A stretch of DNA of 64,000 bases from positions 2,882-66,881 of IMG/VR virus record IMGVR_UViG_3300042991_000236; one strand, given 5' to 3'. A model generated the notes under the pieces. That model made no database searches and was not told the origin of the DNA. It saw only the letters and a list, made by a program, of their open reading frames with translations. Below are positions 55,938 through 63,931 of this stretch, in pieces; the first letter of the stretch is position 1; each line of letters begins with the position of its first letter. The position numbers and the translations under genes were made by a program. This DNA comes from a virus.

Positions 55938-56605
55938 ATAGGCTCCTGTATTTTATGTGGAAGTTGATGATCTAAAATATATTGATTTCTGTATGTCACA
56001 GCAGCATGCTCTGTGGGGAAGATACCAAGATGGATATTTTGAAAATTAACACAAATTCTTGCTCTCCATCTATTCTCCCCAATACAATTGATACCCATAA
56101 AATTGAATTTAGTATTTGACATTTTATTACGATTAGCTTGTTGAACTGGTTTGGTAACCCAACGACAATTATCAGGTGAATACCCTAAATCATTATTTTT
56201 ACGGTCTAGTTCTAATGCTTCGTTAAAACCATTTTGTCGGGCCCACTGAGCGAATACAGCATACTCTGACCATTCTTGACATATACTGATTCCTCTTGCA
56301 CCATACCGAGAATACGCTTTCGACTTGGGATTATTACACCTCTGATTCATCGATTTCCAGCGTTTGTAAAGGGTGGATAATCCAGATTGGAGAGCCTCTC
56401 CATGTATGGTTTGATCTTTAAATTGATCGCACCCACATGAATAGACTCTTCCTGATCTGACATTTCCTAGTAACATGACCTTTTTATTACCGCATTTACA
56501 AAGGAACAGAGCTTCACGACAGTTCTGTTTCTTTCTGGGTGTGTCACCTAAATAGGTCAATCCATTAAACTGATCACCAATAGTTACTGTAATTACTTTT
56601 GGCAT
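55934..56605 (-). CDS. HNH-AP2 homing endonuclease between the RNAP subunit genes
   Basis: C.CG..SCGC, YGARGI.IC.EW, LDRKNN..YSPDNCRW, AP2-like tail. Confidence 0.88.
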   Translation of the reverse strand: MPKVITVTIGDQFNGLTYLGDTPRKKQNCREALFLCKCGNKKVMLLGNVRSGRVYSCGCDQFKDQTIHGEALQSGLSTLYKRWKSMNQRCNNPKSKAYSRYGARGISICQEWSEYAVFAQWARQNGFNEALELDRKNNDLGYSPDNCRWVTKPVQQANRNKMSNTKFNFMGINCIGENRWRARICVNFQNIHLGIFPTEHAAVTYRNQYILDHQLPHKIQEPI

Positions 56606-56633
56606 ATAAACTCCTTAATTTATTAGTTATTTA

Positions 56634-56662
56634 TATATACACTATTGGTGATCGAATGTCAA
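56634..56662 (-). promoter_or_regulatory. Sigma70-like promoter
   Basis: TTGACA-N17-TATATA upstream of HNH and RNAP2. Confidence 0.55.
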
Positions 56663-56684
56663 TTAGTCATATAGTTAGTCATGA

Positions 56685-56900
56685 TTATTCTCCTGTAAGT
56701 AATGAGTCCATTAAGGACTTCTGTAAGCATGCAGATAAATCTCTCGCACATGGAATGCAAATATGCTGATAGAAGTCACTACCAGCTTTACGAGACGTAA
56801 GGGTGATCAGTTTTCCTCTATTAGATAAAGTGCATATCTCACACCAGACACCTTTATTAGCGTCAAGTTCAGTCATGATCAATCCCTGTTCATGTATCAT
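56685..56900 (-). CDS. Hypothetical Zn-binding protein
   Basis: CEIC..CIPC; ATGA overlap. Confidence 0.5.
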   Translation of the reverse strand: MIHEQGLIMTELDANKGVWCEICTLSNRGKLITLTSRKAGSDFYQHICIPCARDLSACLQKSLMDSLLTGE

Positions 56901-57703
56901 AATTTCACGATCTCCTTATTGGCTAACTGAACGATAGCCTTTTTGTATGAGCTTCCTTGGTATCCCACGCAGTAACCGCTGGCGTAACAGCGTCCACGAG
57001 TATCATTGGAGTGCTCAAGATAGAAGAGGTTTCCCTGTTGTTCTATGAGCTCATAGATGCCCTTAGAGTGTTCCACGAATGTATCCCAAGCATCTACCTG
57101 CTCTTGGGTTTCATGTACGTTGGTGGTAGTTTCAGGCATGCTCTCGATGATCCTGAGTTCAAGACTCAAGGGTATGTTGTTCATGCGATTGATATGATCA
57201 ACGCATACATCACCCTCATGTTGTTTAAATCTGGATCCAAGGATCTGAGATTTAGTGAGAGGCTCTGGCTCTTCAAACACTGGCATGTGCTTGATGAACT
57301 GAGGGATCTGTACTCGGAGCACATGATCGGTAGTAATCATCATAGTCTTATCCGATGTTTTGGTAATGACTATGAGTTCACACTGGTAAGCCAATGCTAT
57401 CATTTCAGCGGCTGTCTTGATTCTATCGAGAGTATCAGCACACTTCACATGATTAGCTATGGCGCCTATCATAGCCTGATAGGTGATACCATTCGGATGA
57501 AGCAGAGCCATAGCAAACATATGATAGACAACCTCATACAGCTCTTCTACTTCAGGACTCCATTCAGCCAGTCTCTTGTTCTTACTGGCGTAGTGATGAC
57601 TCATGTAACACCATTGATCCAAGGTTTCAACAGTGTCCTGTATATCCTGTATGAATGGGTTATGGTCAAAATAGTTCATCAGCCATTTAATTTCTGGTTG
57701 CAT
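56897..57703 (-). CDS. RNA polymerase II subunit 1 (N4 gp15-like)
   Basis: Y.SK.KRL, ILG..H, DTRGRCY..GY..QG..YKKA. Confidence 0.9.
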   Translation of the reverse strand: MQPEIKWLMNYFDHNPFIQDIQDTVETLDQWCYMSHHYASKNKRLAEWSPEVEELYEVVYHMFAMALLHPNGITYQAMIGAIANHVKCADTLDRIKTAAEMIALAYQCELIVITKTSDKTMMITTDHVLRVQIPQFIKHMPVFEEPEPLTKSQILGSRFKQHEGDVCVDHINRMNNIPLSLELRIIESMPETTTNVHETQEQVDAWDTFVEHSKGIYELIEQQGNLFYLEHSNDTRGRCYASGYCVGYQGSSYKKAIVQLANKEIVKL

Positions 57704-57704
57704 A

Positions 57705-57872
57705 TCATTCTCCTTGTATATAATTCATAAATTTGTTGAGACTATGAACATATCTCTGTAATTGCTTACGCTCATACCTCTTGAGCTTAAATGGATTGGA
57801 ATACGACAAACCAGCATCGAATGCTTTGAGTTTAATTATATAATTCACTGCTTTAGTTAACTTCTCCGCCAT
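57705..57872 (-). CDS. Hypothetical protein
   Basis: AGGAG RBS. Confidence 0.45.
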   Translation of the reverse strand: MAEKLTKAVNYIIKLKAFDAGLSYSNPFKLKRYERKQLQRYVHSLNKFMNYIQGE

Positions 57873-57882
57873 AGACTTTCTC

Positions 57883-58098
57883 CTATTCAGGTGGATTGAG
57901 TTCTTCATATGGGTTACCATCAAACATTTTAGCCAATGGCGAAATGATGTATTCGCCATCAACATAACTTATTGCACATACCGCAATTACTGTATTACCA
58001 GTAACCTTGTCAGTACACTCAACAAGGGCTAGATCTCCATTCTTGGCCGCTTTAATAATAGTTTCCAGATTACTTTGATAACCTTTCTGAATTGCCAT
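57883..58098 (-). CDS. Conserved hypothetical protein
   Basis: NGDLALVEC.D..TG..PLAKMFDGNPYEEL.PP; AAGGAG RBS. Confidence 0.65.
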   Translation of the reverse strand: MAIQKGYQSNLETIIKAAKNGDLALVECTDKVTGNTVIAVCAISYVDGEYIISPLAKMFDGNPYEELNPPE

Positions 58099-58166
58099 AG
58101 ATTTGCTCCTTTAGTGGAAAATATGACAGCTACCCTTTTCAGAGTAGCTGTCGAAAGAGGTGACTA

Positions 58167-58487
58167 CTAAGCGGCTTTCTTGATTACAGTGATCTTACTG
58201 ATATCAAGCTGAGCAGGCTTTTCGTGGTGAAGGACAATGCGAAGACGAGCATTGACCATAGCAGAACCATCATTCTCGGTAGCGAGCTGGATCAGAGCCT
58301 TGTCTTCAAGGGTCAGATACTCGTTATCAAGCAGAGAGAAGCCTCTGTTGCTACGCAGGACAGCATTACCTTCATCATCAACAATCTCCCAGTTGACGAA
58401 TGCAAGGACTTTGGTTTTCTCTTTTGCAAGAGCAGGTTTACCGGATGTTACTTTCGATGCTGCAGGGACGAGGGTTGGTCTAGCCAT
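58167..58487 (-). CDS. Possible Drc/N4 gp2-like ssDNA-binding RNAP II cofactor
   Basis: Early position upstream of RNAP1, size, K..AF.NW pattern; weak recognition. Confidence 0.4.
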   Translation of the reverse strand: MARPTLVPAASKVTSGKPALAKEKTKVLAFVNWEIVDDEGNAVLRSNRGFSLLDNEYLTLEDKALIQLATENDGSAMVNARLRIVLHHEKPAQLDISKITVIKKAA

Positions 58488-58529
58488 GGTGATAGTTCTC
58501 CTTGATAGTGTTACAAGATATGGACAGAG

Positions 58530-58551
58530 TCCGAATATATAAAAAAGGTTT
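58530..58551 (-). promoter_or_regulatory. Early phage promoter candidate, copy 4
   Basis: AAACCTTTTTTATATATTCGGA, one of four aligned copies. Confidence 0.7.
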
Positions 58552-58581
58552 AGGCTTTAGTGTGTGCCTTTAAACAAAGGA

Positions 58582-58602
58582 CAAAGCCCTCCGAAGAGGG
58601 CT
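58582..58602 (-). terminator. Intrinsic terminator with UUCG loop
   Basis: AGCCCTC-TTCG-GAGGGCT followed by TTG. Confidence 0.6.
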
Positions 58603-58684
58603 AAGAGTGAAATGAGTATTACGAGGATAGTTGGTGGGTAACTGCTGATTAGGGCATAAGGTGCTACCTCCGTATACTGTAAGA

Positions 58685-58927
58685 TTATTTGAAGAATGAA
58701 CCGCCTGATTTACCAGCATAGGTGGATTTGCTGGAAGAGCTTTTGCTTTTGCCTTTACTGCTACCGCCGAAGAATGAACCACTGGATGTACCAGAGCCCT
58801 TACTGTAGCTCTTACCGGACGACTTGCTATAGCTTTTACCAGAACTCTTACCAGAGCCTGAGCCTTTAGCGTATACCGGTGCTACAGCCATACAACAGAT
58901 AACCAATGCAATCATAAAACTTTTCAT
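58685..58927 (-). CDS. Secreted Gly/Ser/Lys-rich low-complexity protein
   Basis: Signal peptide ending VYA; GGAGG RBS; own promoter and terminator. Confidence 0.65.
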   Translation of the reverse strand: MKSFMIALVICCMAVAPVYAKGSGSGKSSGKSYSKSSGKSYSKGSGTSSGSFFGGSSKGKSKSSSSKSTYAGKSGGSFFK

Positions 58928-58951
58928 AACTACCTCCAGAGATATTTAGAT

Positions 58952-58973
58952 TCCGAATATATCAAGAAGGTTT
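58952..58973 (-). promoter_or_regulatory. Early phage promoter candidate, copy 3
   Basis: AAACCTTCTTGATATATTCGGA. Confidence 0.7.
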
Positions 58974-59000
58974 GAGGTTTTAAGTGTGTGCTTTTTGACT

Positions 59001-59026
59001 AAAAGAAAGGGAGCCGAATGGCTCCC
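59001..59026 (-). terminator. Intrinsic terminator
   Basis: GGGAGCC-ATTC-GGCTCCC-TTTCTTTT. Confidence 0.75.
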
Positions 59027-59055
59027 TGGTGATACTGAGATGAATGAGATTATTA

Positions 59056-59241
59056 CTAGATACCATCCATCAGTTTCTTTCTGTCCTTAATAACATTGAT
59101 AGCAGCGTCAACATTATGAGGATTCTTAGCAGCTACTGCGTGAGGATCAATAGTCTTCTTCTTTGGATCATTTGGATCAATCATTCTCGGTTTCATTACT
59201 TTCTGTACAAGTGCTCCTAGTCTTGATTCAGCCATGGTCAT
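59056..59241 (-). CDS. Hypothetical early protein
   Basis: AAGGAG RBS. Confidence 0.55.
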   Translation of the reverse strand: MTMAESRLGALVQKVMKPRMIDPNDPKKKTIDPHAVAAKNPHNVDAAINVIKDRKKLMDGI

Positions 59242-59282
59242 CTCCTTTTAAATAAAAAGAATATAGACCATCTATTTGTCTA

Positions 59283-59363
59283 TGTCCAGACAAGACGTTC
59301 CAGAGGGCTTGTCCCTCTGGAAGAGTTTTTCCTGCATAGGAAAAACTCCAGTCTTGTTGGACA
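59283..59363. other. Near-perfect three-way-junction inverted-repeat element
   Basis: 13-bp outer stem with one bulge enclosing adjacent 10-bp and 11-bp perfect hairpins. Confidence 0.75.
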
Positions 59364-59369
59364 GCAGAG

Positions 59370-59567
59370 CTATTTACTCAATAAATCACGAAGCTTGATG
59401 AACTCTTCATAGGTACGAGTTGCACGATATTCAGCACTACGAAGTTCTGCAGATGCAGATGCGTAGTCACCTCTTTTATGAAATAGAAGGGCTGTTCGAA
59501 TAGCTTCCATAGTGCTATCTGCAAAGCGCTTAAATAGCAGTTCTTTGTTGTGAATGTTTACATCCAT
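59370..59567 (-). CDS. Hypothetical early protein (start uncertain)
   Basis: ORF in early block. Confidence 0.5.
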   Translation of the reverse strand: MDVNIHNKELLFKRFADSTMEAIRTALLFHKRGDYASASAELRSAEYRATRTYEEFIKLRDLLSK

Positions 59568-59599
59568 CGCATGAATAATTGTTAGGTGCCTGTTCCATA

Positions 59600-59818
59600 T
59601 CAGCTCCCCTCTAGTGATTGCTTATGAAAGACATGATCTCTCATAGCTGGCGTATGAAACTCTGGATGTCCAATCCTGAAGGCTTCCCAATAAGCCTCAA
59701 CACAATAGTCACATGTGCAGGGCTCGTGATCTCCTGATCTCTCTTTTATAAGAGCGATAGCAGTGAGTATGTTGACTATTAATAGACAACAGATGAATAG
59801 GGCTGTTAGCTTGCTCAT
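59600..59818 (-). CDS. Hypothetical membrane-anchored protein
   Basis: N-terminal TM; CTCDYC; GAGGAG RBS. Confidence 0.55.
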   Translation of the reverse strand: MSKLTALFICCLLIVNILTAIALIKERSGDHEPCTCDYCVEAYWEAFRIGHPEFHTPAMRDHVFHKQSLEGS

Positions 59819-59975
59819 GAGACTTTCTCCTCTTGGTTAAGGTGATGGTAGCCTCTGCAGTCTAAAGACGACGTACAGAGGCACCTGCTTCGTTAGGGTT
59901 TAGGGAAGTATGATCCACACACTGTCCCCTCTTTAGCTCCGGTACACAATGATGCTAAACAGCAGTTCTTGCAAC

Positions 59976-60185
59976 TCATGATTTCATTCTCCTTTCAGCC
60001 TCTCTGAAGCCGTCAGCCATAAAGTCATGGAACCAATGGATAGCCAATGCTACAAGCATGATGGCTATGGGTAAGAGTATGCAGATAATAGCAATCTTCA
60101 GTTCCATATAATCTGGAGATGCATATCTCTCTGCGTAGATTGAACCAACGATAGCGAATATAGCGGTGTAAATAATTGACTTCAT
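59976..60185 (-). CDS. Hypothetical membrane protein
   Basis: Two hydrophobic segments; AAGGAG RBS. Confidence 0.55.
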   Translation of the reverse strand: MKSIIYTAIFAIVGSIYAERYASPDYMELKIAIICILLPIAIMLVALAIHWFHDFMADGFREAERRMKS

Positions 60186-60239
60186 ACTATCTCCTTATGA
60201 AATGAGTAAGGCGCCATTGCTGACGCCTGTTAGAGTTAA

Positions 60240-60533
60240 CTATTTGGATGCTGGTGGCCAGTAGATGAGCTCACCAACTACCTTCTTGAGGATGATGTGA
60301 CATTTGTAGTCACGGGCTTTAGGTACACTGGACTTCATCACACCCTGATAGATATTCAGGGTAGGATGTTTCTTCAGGAAGAATACACCTTTCGAAGTGA
60401 CCAGTTTGACGGTGCTAGAGTCTTCAATAGTGACAGACACTTTACCGTCCATATCGGAGAACAGATAAACTTCTTTGCTAAGTTTAACGATCTCATTCAG
60501 GGCATTGACGCCAACCAGCTTCATTTTAGTCAT
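60240..60533 (-). CDS. Hypothetical early protein
   Basis: AAGGAG RBS. Confidence 0.6.
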   Translation of the reverse strand: MTKMKLVGVNALNEIVKLSKEVYLFSDMDGKVSVTIEDSSTVKLVTSKGVFFLKKHPTLNIYQGVMKSSVPKARDYKCHIILKKVVGELIYWPPASK

Positions 60534-60564
60534 GGAACTCTCCTTTTGTTAGTTAGTAGAATAG

Positions 60565-60800
60565 TGATACGGAGAGCTACTCCGCTTCTGGTGAATGACT
60601 CACTAGCTAGGTGAGCTGTCGGCTAGTCAGCCAAACGTGATACAACAGTAGTGACTAATCTACTGAGGTTGCTACAGTGCTCACCTAAGCCTGTGAGGGT
60701 AGAGTAGTTGTACAGCCGGCACAATGGCCTAGTCGCTTACAACTCAACACTCTCGCATGGAGTGCTGCACGAAGAGGCATGTTAGCCTCACATTAGGATA
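60565..60800 (-). ncRNA. Candidate structured 5' leader / ncRNA downstream of an early promoter
   Basis: About 240 nt with a series of hairpins and no same-strand ORF in the track. Confidence 0.45.
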
Positions 60801-60807
60801 TTGGATA

Positions 60808-60829
60808 TCCACATATATAAGAAAGGTTT
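60808..60829 (-). promoter_or_regulatory. Early phage promoter candidate, copy 2
   Basis: AAACCTTTCTTATATATGTGGA. Confidence 0.7.
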
Positions 60830-60884
60830 GAGCCTTTACCACCAGTGCGAGATTTATAACTTACATTGGAATACTATCTAGATG

Positions 60885-60929
60885 GTGTGCCTTTGGGTGT
60901 GCCTGTAAGTGTGCTTTTAAGTGTGCCTT
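60885..60929. repeat. Four phased GTGTGC(C/T)T repeats (11-13 nt period)
   Basis: Read directly; the same hexamer lies beside promoter copies 3 and 4. Confidence 0.7.
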
Positions 60930-60970
60930 AAGGGAAAGCTTAAGCCCACTCCGGAGAGTGAGCTTAGGTG

Positions 60971-61171
60971 CTATGCAAGCTGCAAGGATTTACGCTCGGC
61001 GCGTACCTCTTCCAGTTGCTGTGAGATCATCTCGTTAGATAGAGATCTCAGTCCTACAGAGGCATCAGCTGCGATACCTGTGATGTTCTCAACAGCTATG
61101 AAAGCGTTGTTGAGTGCGCGAGATGCGCTGCCGATACATGCGAATACAGAGGGTTTAGATGTTGCGTTCAT
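60971..61171 (-). CDS. First early gene (N4 gp1-like position)
   Basis: AAGGAG RBS before ATG at 61171; follows promoter copy 1. Confidence 0.55.
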   Translation of the reverse strand: MNATSKPSVFACIGSASRALNNAFIAVENITGIAADASVGLRSLSNEMISQQLEEVRAERKSLQLA

Positions 61172-61270
61172 GGTGATCTCCTTGATCAAGGGAATGGTGG
61201 CTGCTCCATGAGGAGTCAGGTCGTTGGCTACCAGTGCCACTACGTCTGGTAGTTGTAGGATCTCAATCGA

Positions 61271-61292
61271 TCCACATATATAGGGAAGGTTT
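61271..61292 (-). promoter_or_regulatory. Early phage promoter candidate, copy 1
   Basis: AAACCTTCCCTATATATGTGGA. Confidence 0.7.
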
Positions 61293-61428
61293 GGGTGTTG
61301 ACTTGAGGATGGAACTTTCGAGGCCAAAGTTATTTAGTACCCGGGGGGTGGCTTTGGTGTTTTGACTTCAAGCCATACAGTACTGCTTCTGTACCCAGAT
61401 TATATAATTTCCAAGGTTAATTTATTTC

Positions 61429-61457
61429 TTGCGTCTGAGCTACAAGATGTTTATACT
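61429..61457 (+). promoter_or_regulatory. Sigma70-like promoter, probably giving a leaderless mRNA
   Basis: TTGCGT-N17-TATACT with ATG 7 nt downstream. Confidence 0.5.
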
Positions 61458-61463
61458 ATTCTT

Positions 61464-61694
61464 ATGTCTATCTCAACCCTATCTAGAGATGATTATCTTT
61501 TTATGCAGAGTCGTAAGAAACTTATGGATGACTACGGCGTGGATAACATACAAATTGCTGGTAAGTTACCTAATGAGTTAAAATCAGAATTGTTTCTGCT
61601 TGGAGCTAGTTTTGATGCCATTCATATGTACAATACTGATTATGATGTAATAGTTTATGAACGTACTCTCTATATGATTCCATTGGATCGGTAA
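61464..61694 (+). CDS. Hypothetical protein
   Basis: ORF from MSISTLS; no SD sequence. Confidence 0.45.
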   Translation: MSISTLSRDDYLFMQSRKKLMDDYGVDNIQIAGKLPNELKSELFLLGASFDAIHMYNTDYDVIVYERTLYMIPLDR

Positions 61695-61899
61695 TACCTT
61701 CCCCTCTCCCCTATCTAAATATTCTCCAGGTTATAGGAGAGAAGCGTGGACAAGACAAACGAGCGACAGCGAGGCTTGTCGCAGTCCAAAGCTTCTCGAC
61801 TGATAAGGTAAAATAAAAGCTTAATTGTGAGGTGTAGATTGTATATATATGTGTTCAGTCGTCTGATTTCATTAATGATATCAGGTAGTTGAAAATCAC

Positions 61900-61987
61900 T
61901 TCTTGTAATTATTTTACAGGAAATCTTTTTTCTTGTAAATAGTTTACAGGAAGTGTAGTTTCTTTCTTGTGGTTTTAAATACAAGAA
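61900..61987. promoter_or_regulatory. Three phased operator-like palindromes TTCTTGT-N9/10-ACA(G/A)GAA
   Basis: Copies at about 61900, 61930 and 61964; related copy at 53876. Confidence 0.55.
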
Positions 61988-62000
61988 GGTCGGAGGATGT

Positions 62001-62318
62001 ATGTACGGAAGAGAGGAAAAAATGGCAGAGATAAGAAGGGCTTCGAATGAGTGTTGTGAGACAGCACCAAGAGATGTACGAGAAGTAGGTAGAGCTATGG
62101 CTGATCTGTATCATGTGATTGATAGATATGAAAATCTCGTGCACAGATTATCAGATCGATTGAATTCAGTTGTATCTTCAGCTCCGCCTTCTTGTGAAGA
62201 TGGTGCTAAGGAGCCTGGTTATTGTACTGGATTAGCTTCCAGCATTGATGACTGCCGTAGGAAACTCAGAGATATAACCAATATCCTTGAGAGTTTGTAT
62301 GAAAGGATAGAGCTGTGA
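62001..62318 (+). CDS. Hypothetical coiled-coil protein
   Basis: GGAGG RBS. Confidence 0.6.
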   Translation: MYGREEKMAEIRRASNECCETAPRDVREVGRAMADLYHVIDRYENLVHRLSDRLNSVVSSAPPSCEDGAKEPGYCTGLASSIDDCRRKLRDITNILESLYERIEL

Positions 62319-62551
62319 TGACTATTCGAGTTTTAAATAGTGATAAGAAATATAATCAGCAAGCGATTGATTCTCTTCGTATTTTACTAGCCCAGGCTGA
62401 AACAGGTGAAATAAAAGAATTTATGGCCGTTTCTAAATTAGCCAGTGGTGAGTATGAACATTGCTGGACTGGATGTGAAAATCTCTATGAATTGGCAGGC
62501 CAGCTTGAACGAATGAAATATTTGACTATGGAAAGAATGAATGTAGGGTAA
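62315..62551 (+). CDS. Hypothetical protein
   Basis: GTGA overlap; L..LL..A..GEI pattern. Confidence 0.6.
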   Translation: MMTIRVLNSDKKYNQQAIDSLRILLAQAETGEIKEFMAVSKLASGEYEHCWTGCENLYELAGQLERMKYLTMERMNVG

Positions 62552-62603
62552 ATCAGCTGCCCATTCTCAGCTGGTACAACAATTATCAATGGAGGTAGAA
62601 CCC

Positions 62604-62783
62604 ATGGAAACAACAATTAAAGACGCAATCAAGAAGATGGTAAAAAGAACTGGTGACCTGTCAGATACCGGTGATTCAATGCGGTTATCTCAGGCAGCTC
62701 TTAACCTGGCTCATGTAGCAGCAACATTTGCTAATATTGAAGATATAAAGGCAAATACTGAACGTATGAAAAAAGGTAATTAG
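62604..62783 (+). CDS. Hypothetical protein
   Basis: GGAGG RBS; SQAALNLAH. Confidence 0.55.
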   Translation: METTIKDAIKKMVKRTGDLSDTGDSMRLSQAALNLAHVAATFANIEDIKANTERMKKGN

Positions 62784-62784
62784 T

Positions 62785-63072
62785 ATGGGCCGGCTGCTCA
62801 GAGAAATAATGAATGACGAGGATGAGACTTTTCACACCCCATCTGAAGAAATGATTCCTGAACTAATTATGCTTGGGACTCTCGAGCATAAAGAATTATC
62901 CTTACAATCCGGTAAGATAATTCATATGGACATCATCAATTACAATGGTAAGAACTACGCCATGAAGACGGTAGATGGTGGTAGATGGTTTGGCACCTAT
63001 GATGAAATGCATTCAAGTGAAAGAACAGTAGAGTTGGACAGTGTATATGACGAAGTAAGATTCAAACACTAA
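62785..63072 (+). CDS. Hypothetical protein
   Basis: ORF in operon. Confidence 0.5.
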   Translation: MGRLLREIMNDEDETFHTPSEEMIPELIMLGTLEHKELSLQSGKIIHMDIINYNGKNYAMKTVDGGRWFGTYDEMHSSERTVELDSVYDEVRFKH

Positions 63073-63084
63073 AGGAGGCAGGTT

Positions 63085-63579
63085 ATGCAAAAGTACATTG
63101 GAGTAAAGGCAGTACTGGCAAAGAAAATGACGCTTGGTGACTACAACAAACTCAGGGGCTGGGAGATGCCTGCTCAGGAAGAGCCTGAAACAGAAGGGTA
63201 TCTGGTTGAATATCTGGATGGTGGTAAAGCCAATCATCCTGATTTTCTTGGATACATATCCTGGTGTCCCAAGGAACAGTTCGAAAATGCCAATCGGCCG
63301 GTTGATCATATGACCTTTGGCCATGCTATTGAGGTGGCCAAGCAGGGAGCTCGTATAGCCCGGGCTGGCTGGAATGGTAAGGACATGTTTGTTGTTTATC
63401 AACCTGGTTACCCAGAGGGGATCCCTTGTAATGCCAATACTGCAGCGGCTTTCGGTTATGAGTTGGGTGAGTTGTTCAAGTGCCGGCCGTATCTGCAGAT
63501 GAGGTGTGCCGATGGTACGCATCAGATGTGGCTGGCGTCGCAGAGTGATATTCTTGAAGAAGACTGGGTAATCGTATGA
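63085..63579 (+). CDS. Tad2/DUF2829-family anti-defence protein with an extra N-terminal domain
   Basis: MTFGHAIE..K.G..IAR.GWNGK.MF..PYL.M..DG..WLASQSDIL.EDW. Confidence 0.8.
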   Translation: MQKYIGVKAVLAKKMTLGDYNKLRGWEMPAQEEPETEGYLVEYLDGGKANHPDFLGYISWCPKEQFENANRPVDHMTFGHAIEVAKQGARIARAGWNGKDMFVVYQPGYPEGIPCNANTAAAFGYELGELFKCRPYLQMRCADGTHQMWLASQSDILEEDWVIV

Positions 63580-63710
63580 CAATCCAGTGTACAGATGTAA
63601 GATACATGACTGATATCCAGCAGTTTAACCCAATGGATGTAATCTGTATTGAATCCTTAGAGTTTGGTTACAGGGTTTGGTACAGAGAGTAATAAATCAA
63701 GGAGAGTGTT

Positions 63711-63905
63711 ATGCAAGATCACGAGCAGAGAGTCATTGATGAGAAAACTGAGTTGGATGGGAAGTTTGCCAGTTTGTGTCTATTCCATGGATCAGATGTG
63801 TTTAAGTCCCTGGATCCAATAGATCAGGATCTACTGGTTAAGCAGGCTGATATTATGGCTGAGTATTCCTGTATTCTCGGGGATAGGATAGCGAGATTCA
63901 AGTAG
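63711..63905 (+). CDS. Acb2-like anti-CBASS nucleotide sponge
   Basis: HEQRVIDEK.EL..K..L..F..F..L..LL..Q..M..Y..IL..RI..F. Confidence 0.78.
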   Translation: MQDHEQRVIDEKTELDGKFASLCLFHGSDVFKSLDPIDQDLLVKQADIMAEYSCILGDRIARFK

Positions 63906-63931
63906 GTACGAACAATAAAAGGAGAAGAATT

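Noticed and set aside
56957-57730. 257-aa antisense ORF opposite RNAP1
   Set aside because: Shadow ORF of a conserved gene; no RBS or recognisable motifs
59283-59363. Hammerhead ribozyme
   Set aside because: The three-way junction lacks the CUGAnGA and GAAA core on either strand
60885-60929. CRISPR-like mini-array
   Set aside because: Repeats are only 6-8 nt with 3-5 nt gaps; no spacers and no cas genes
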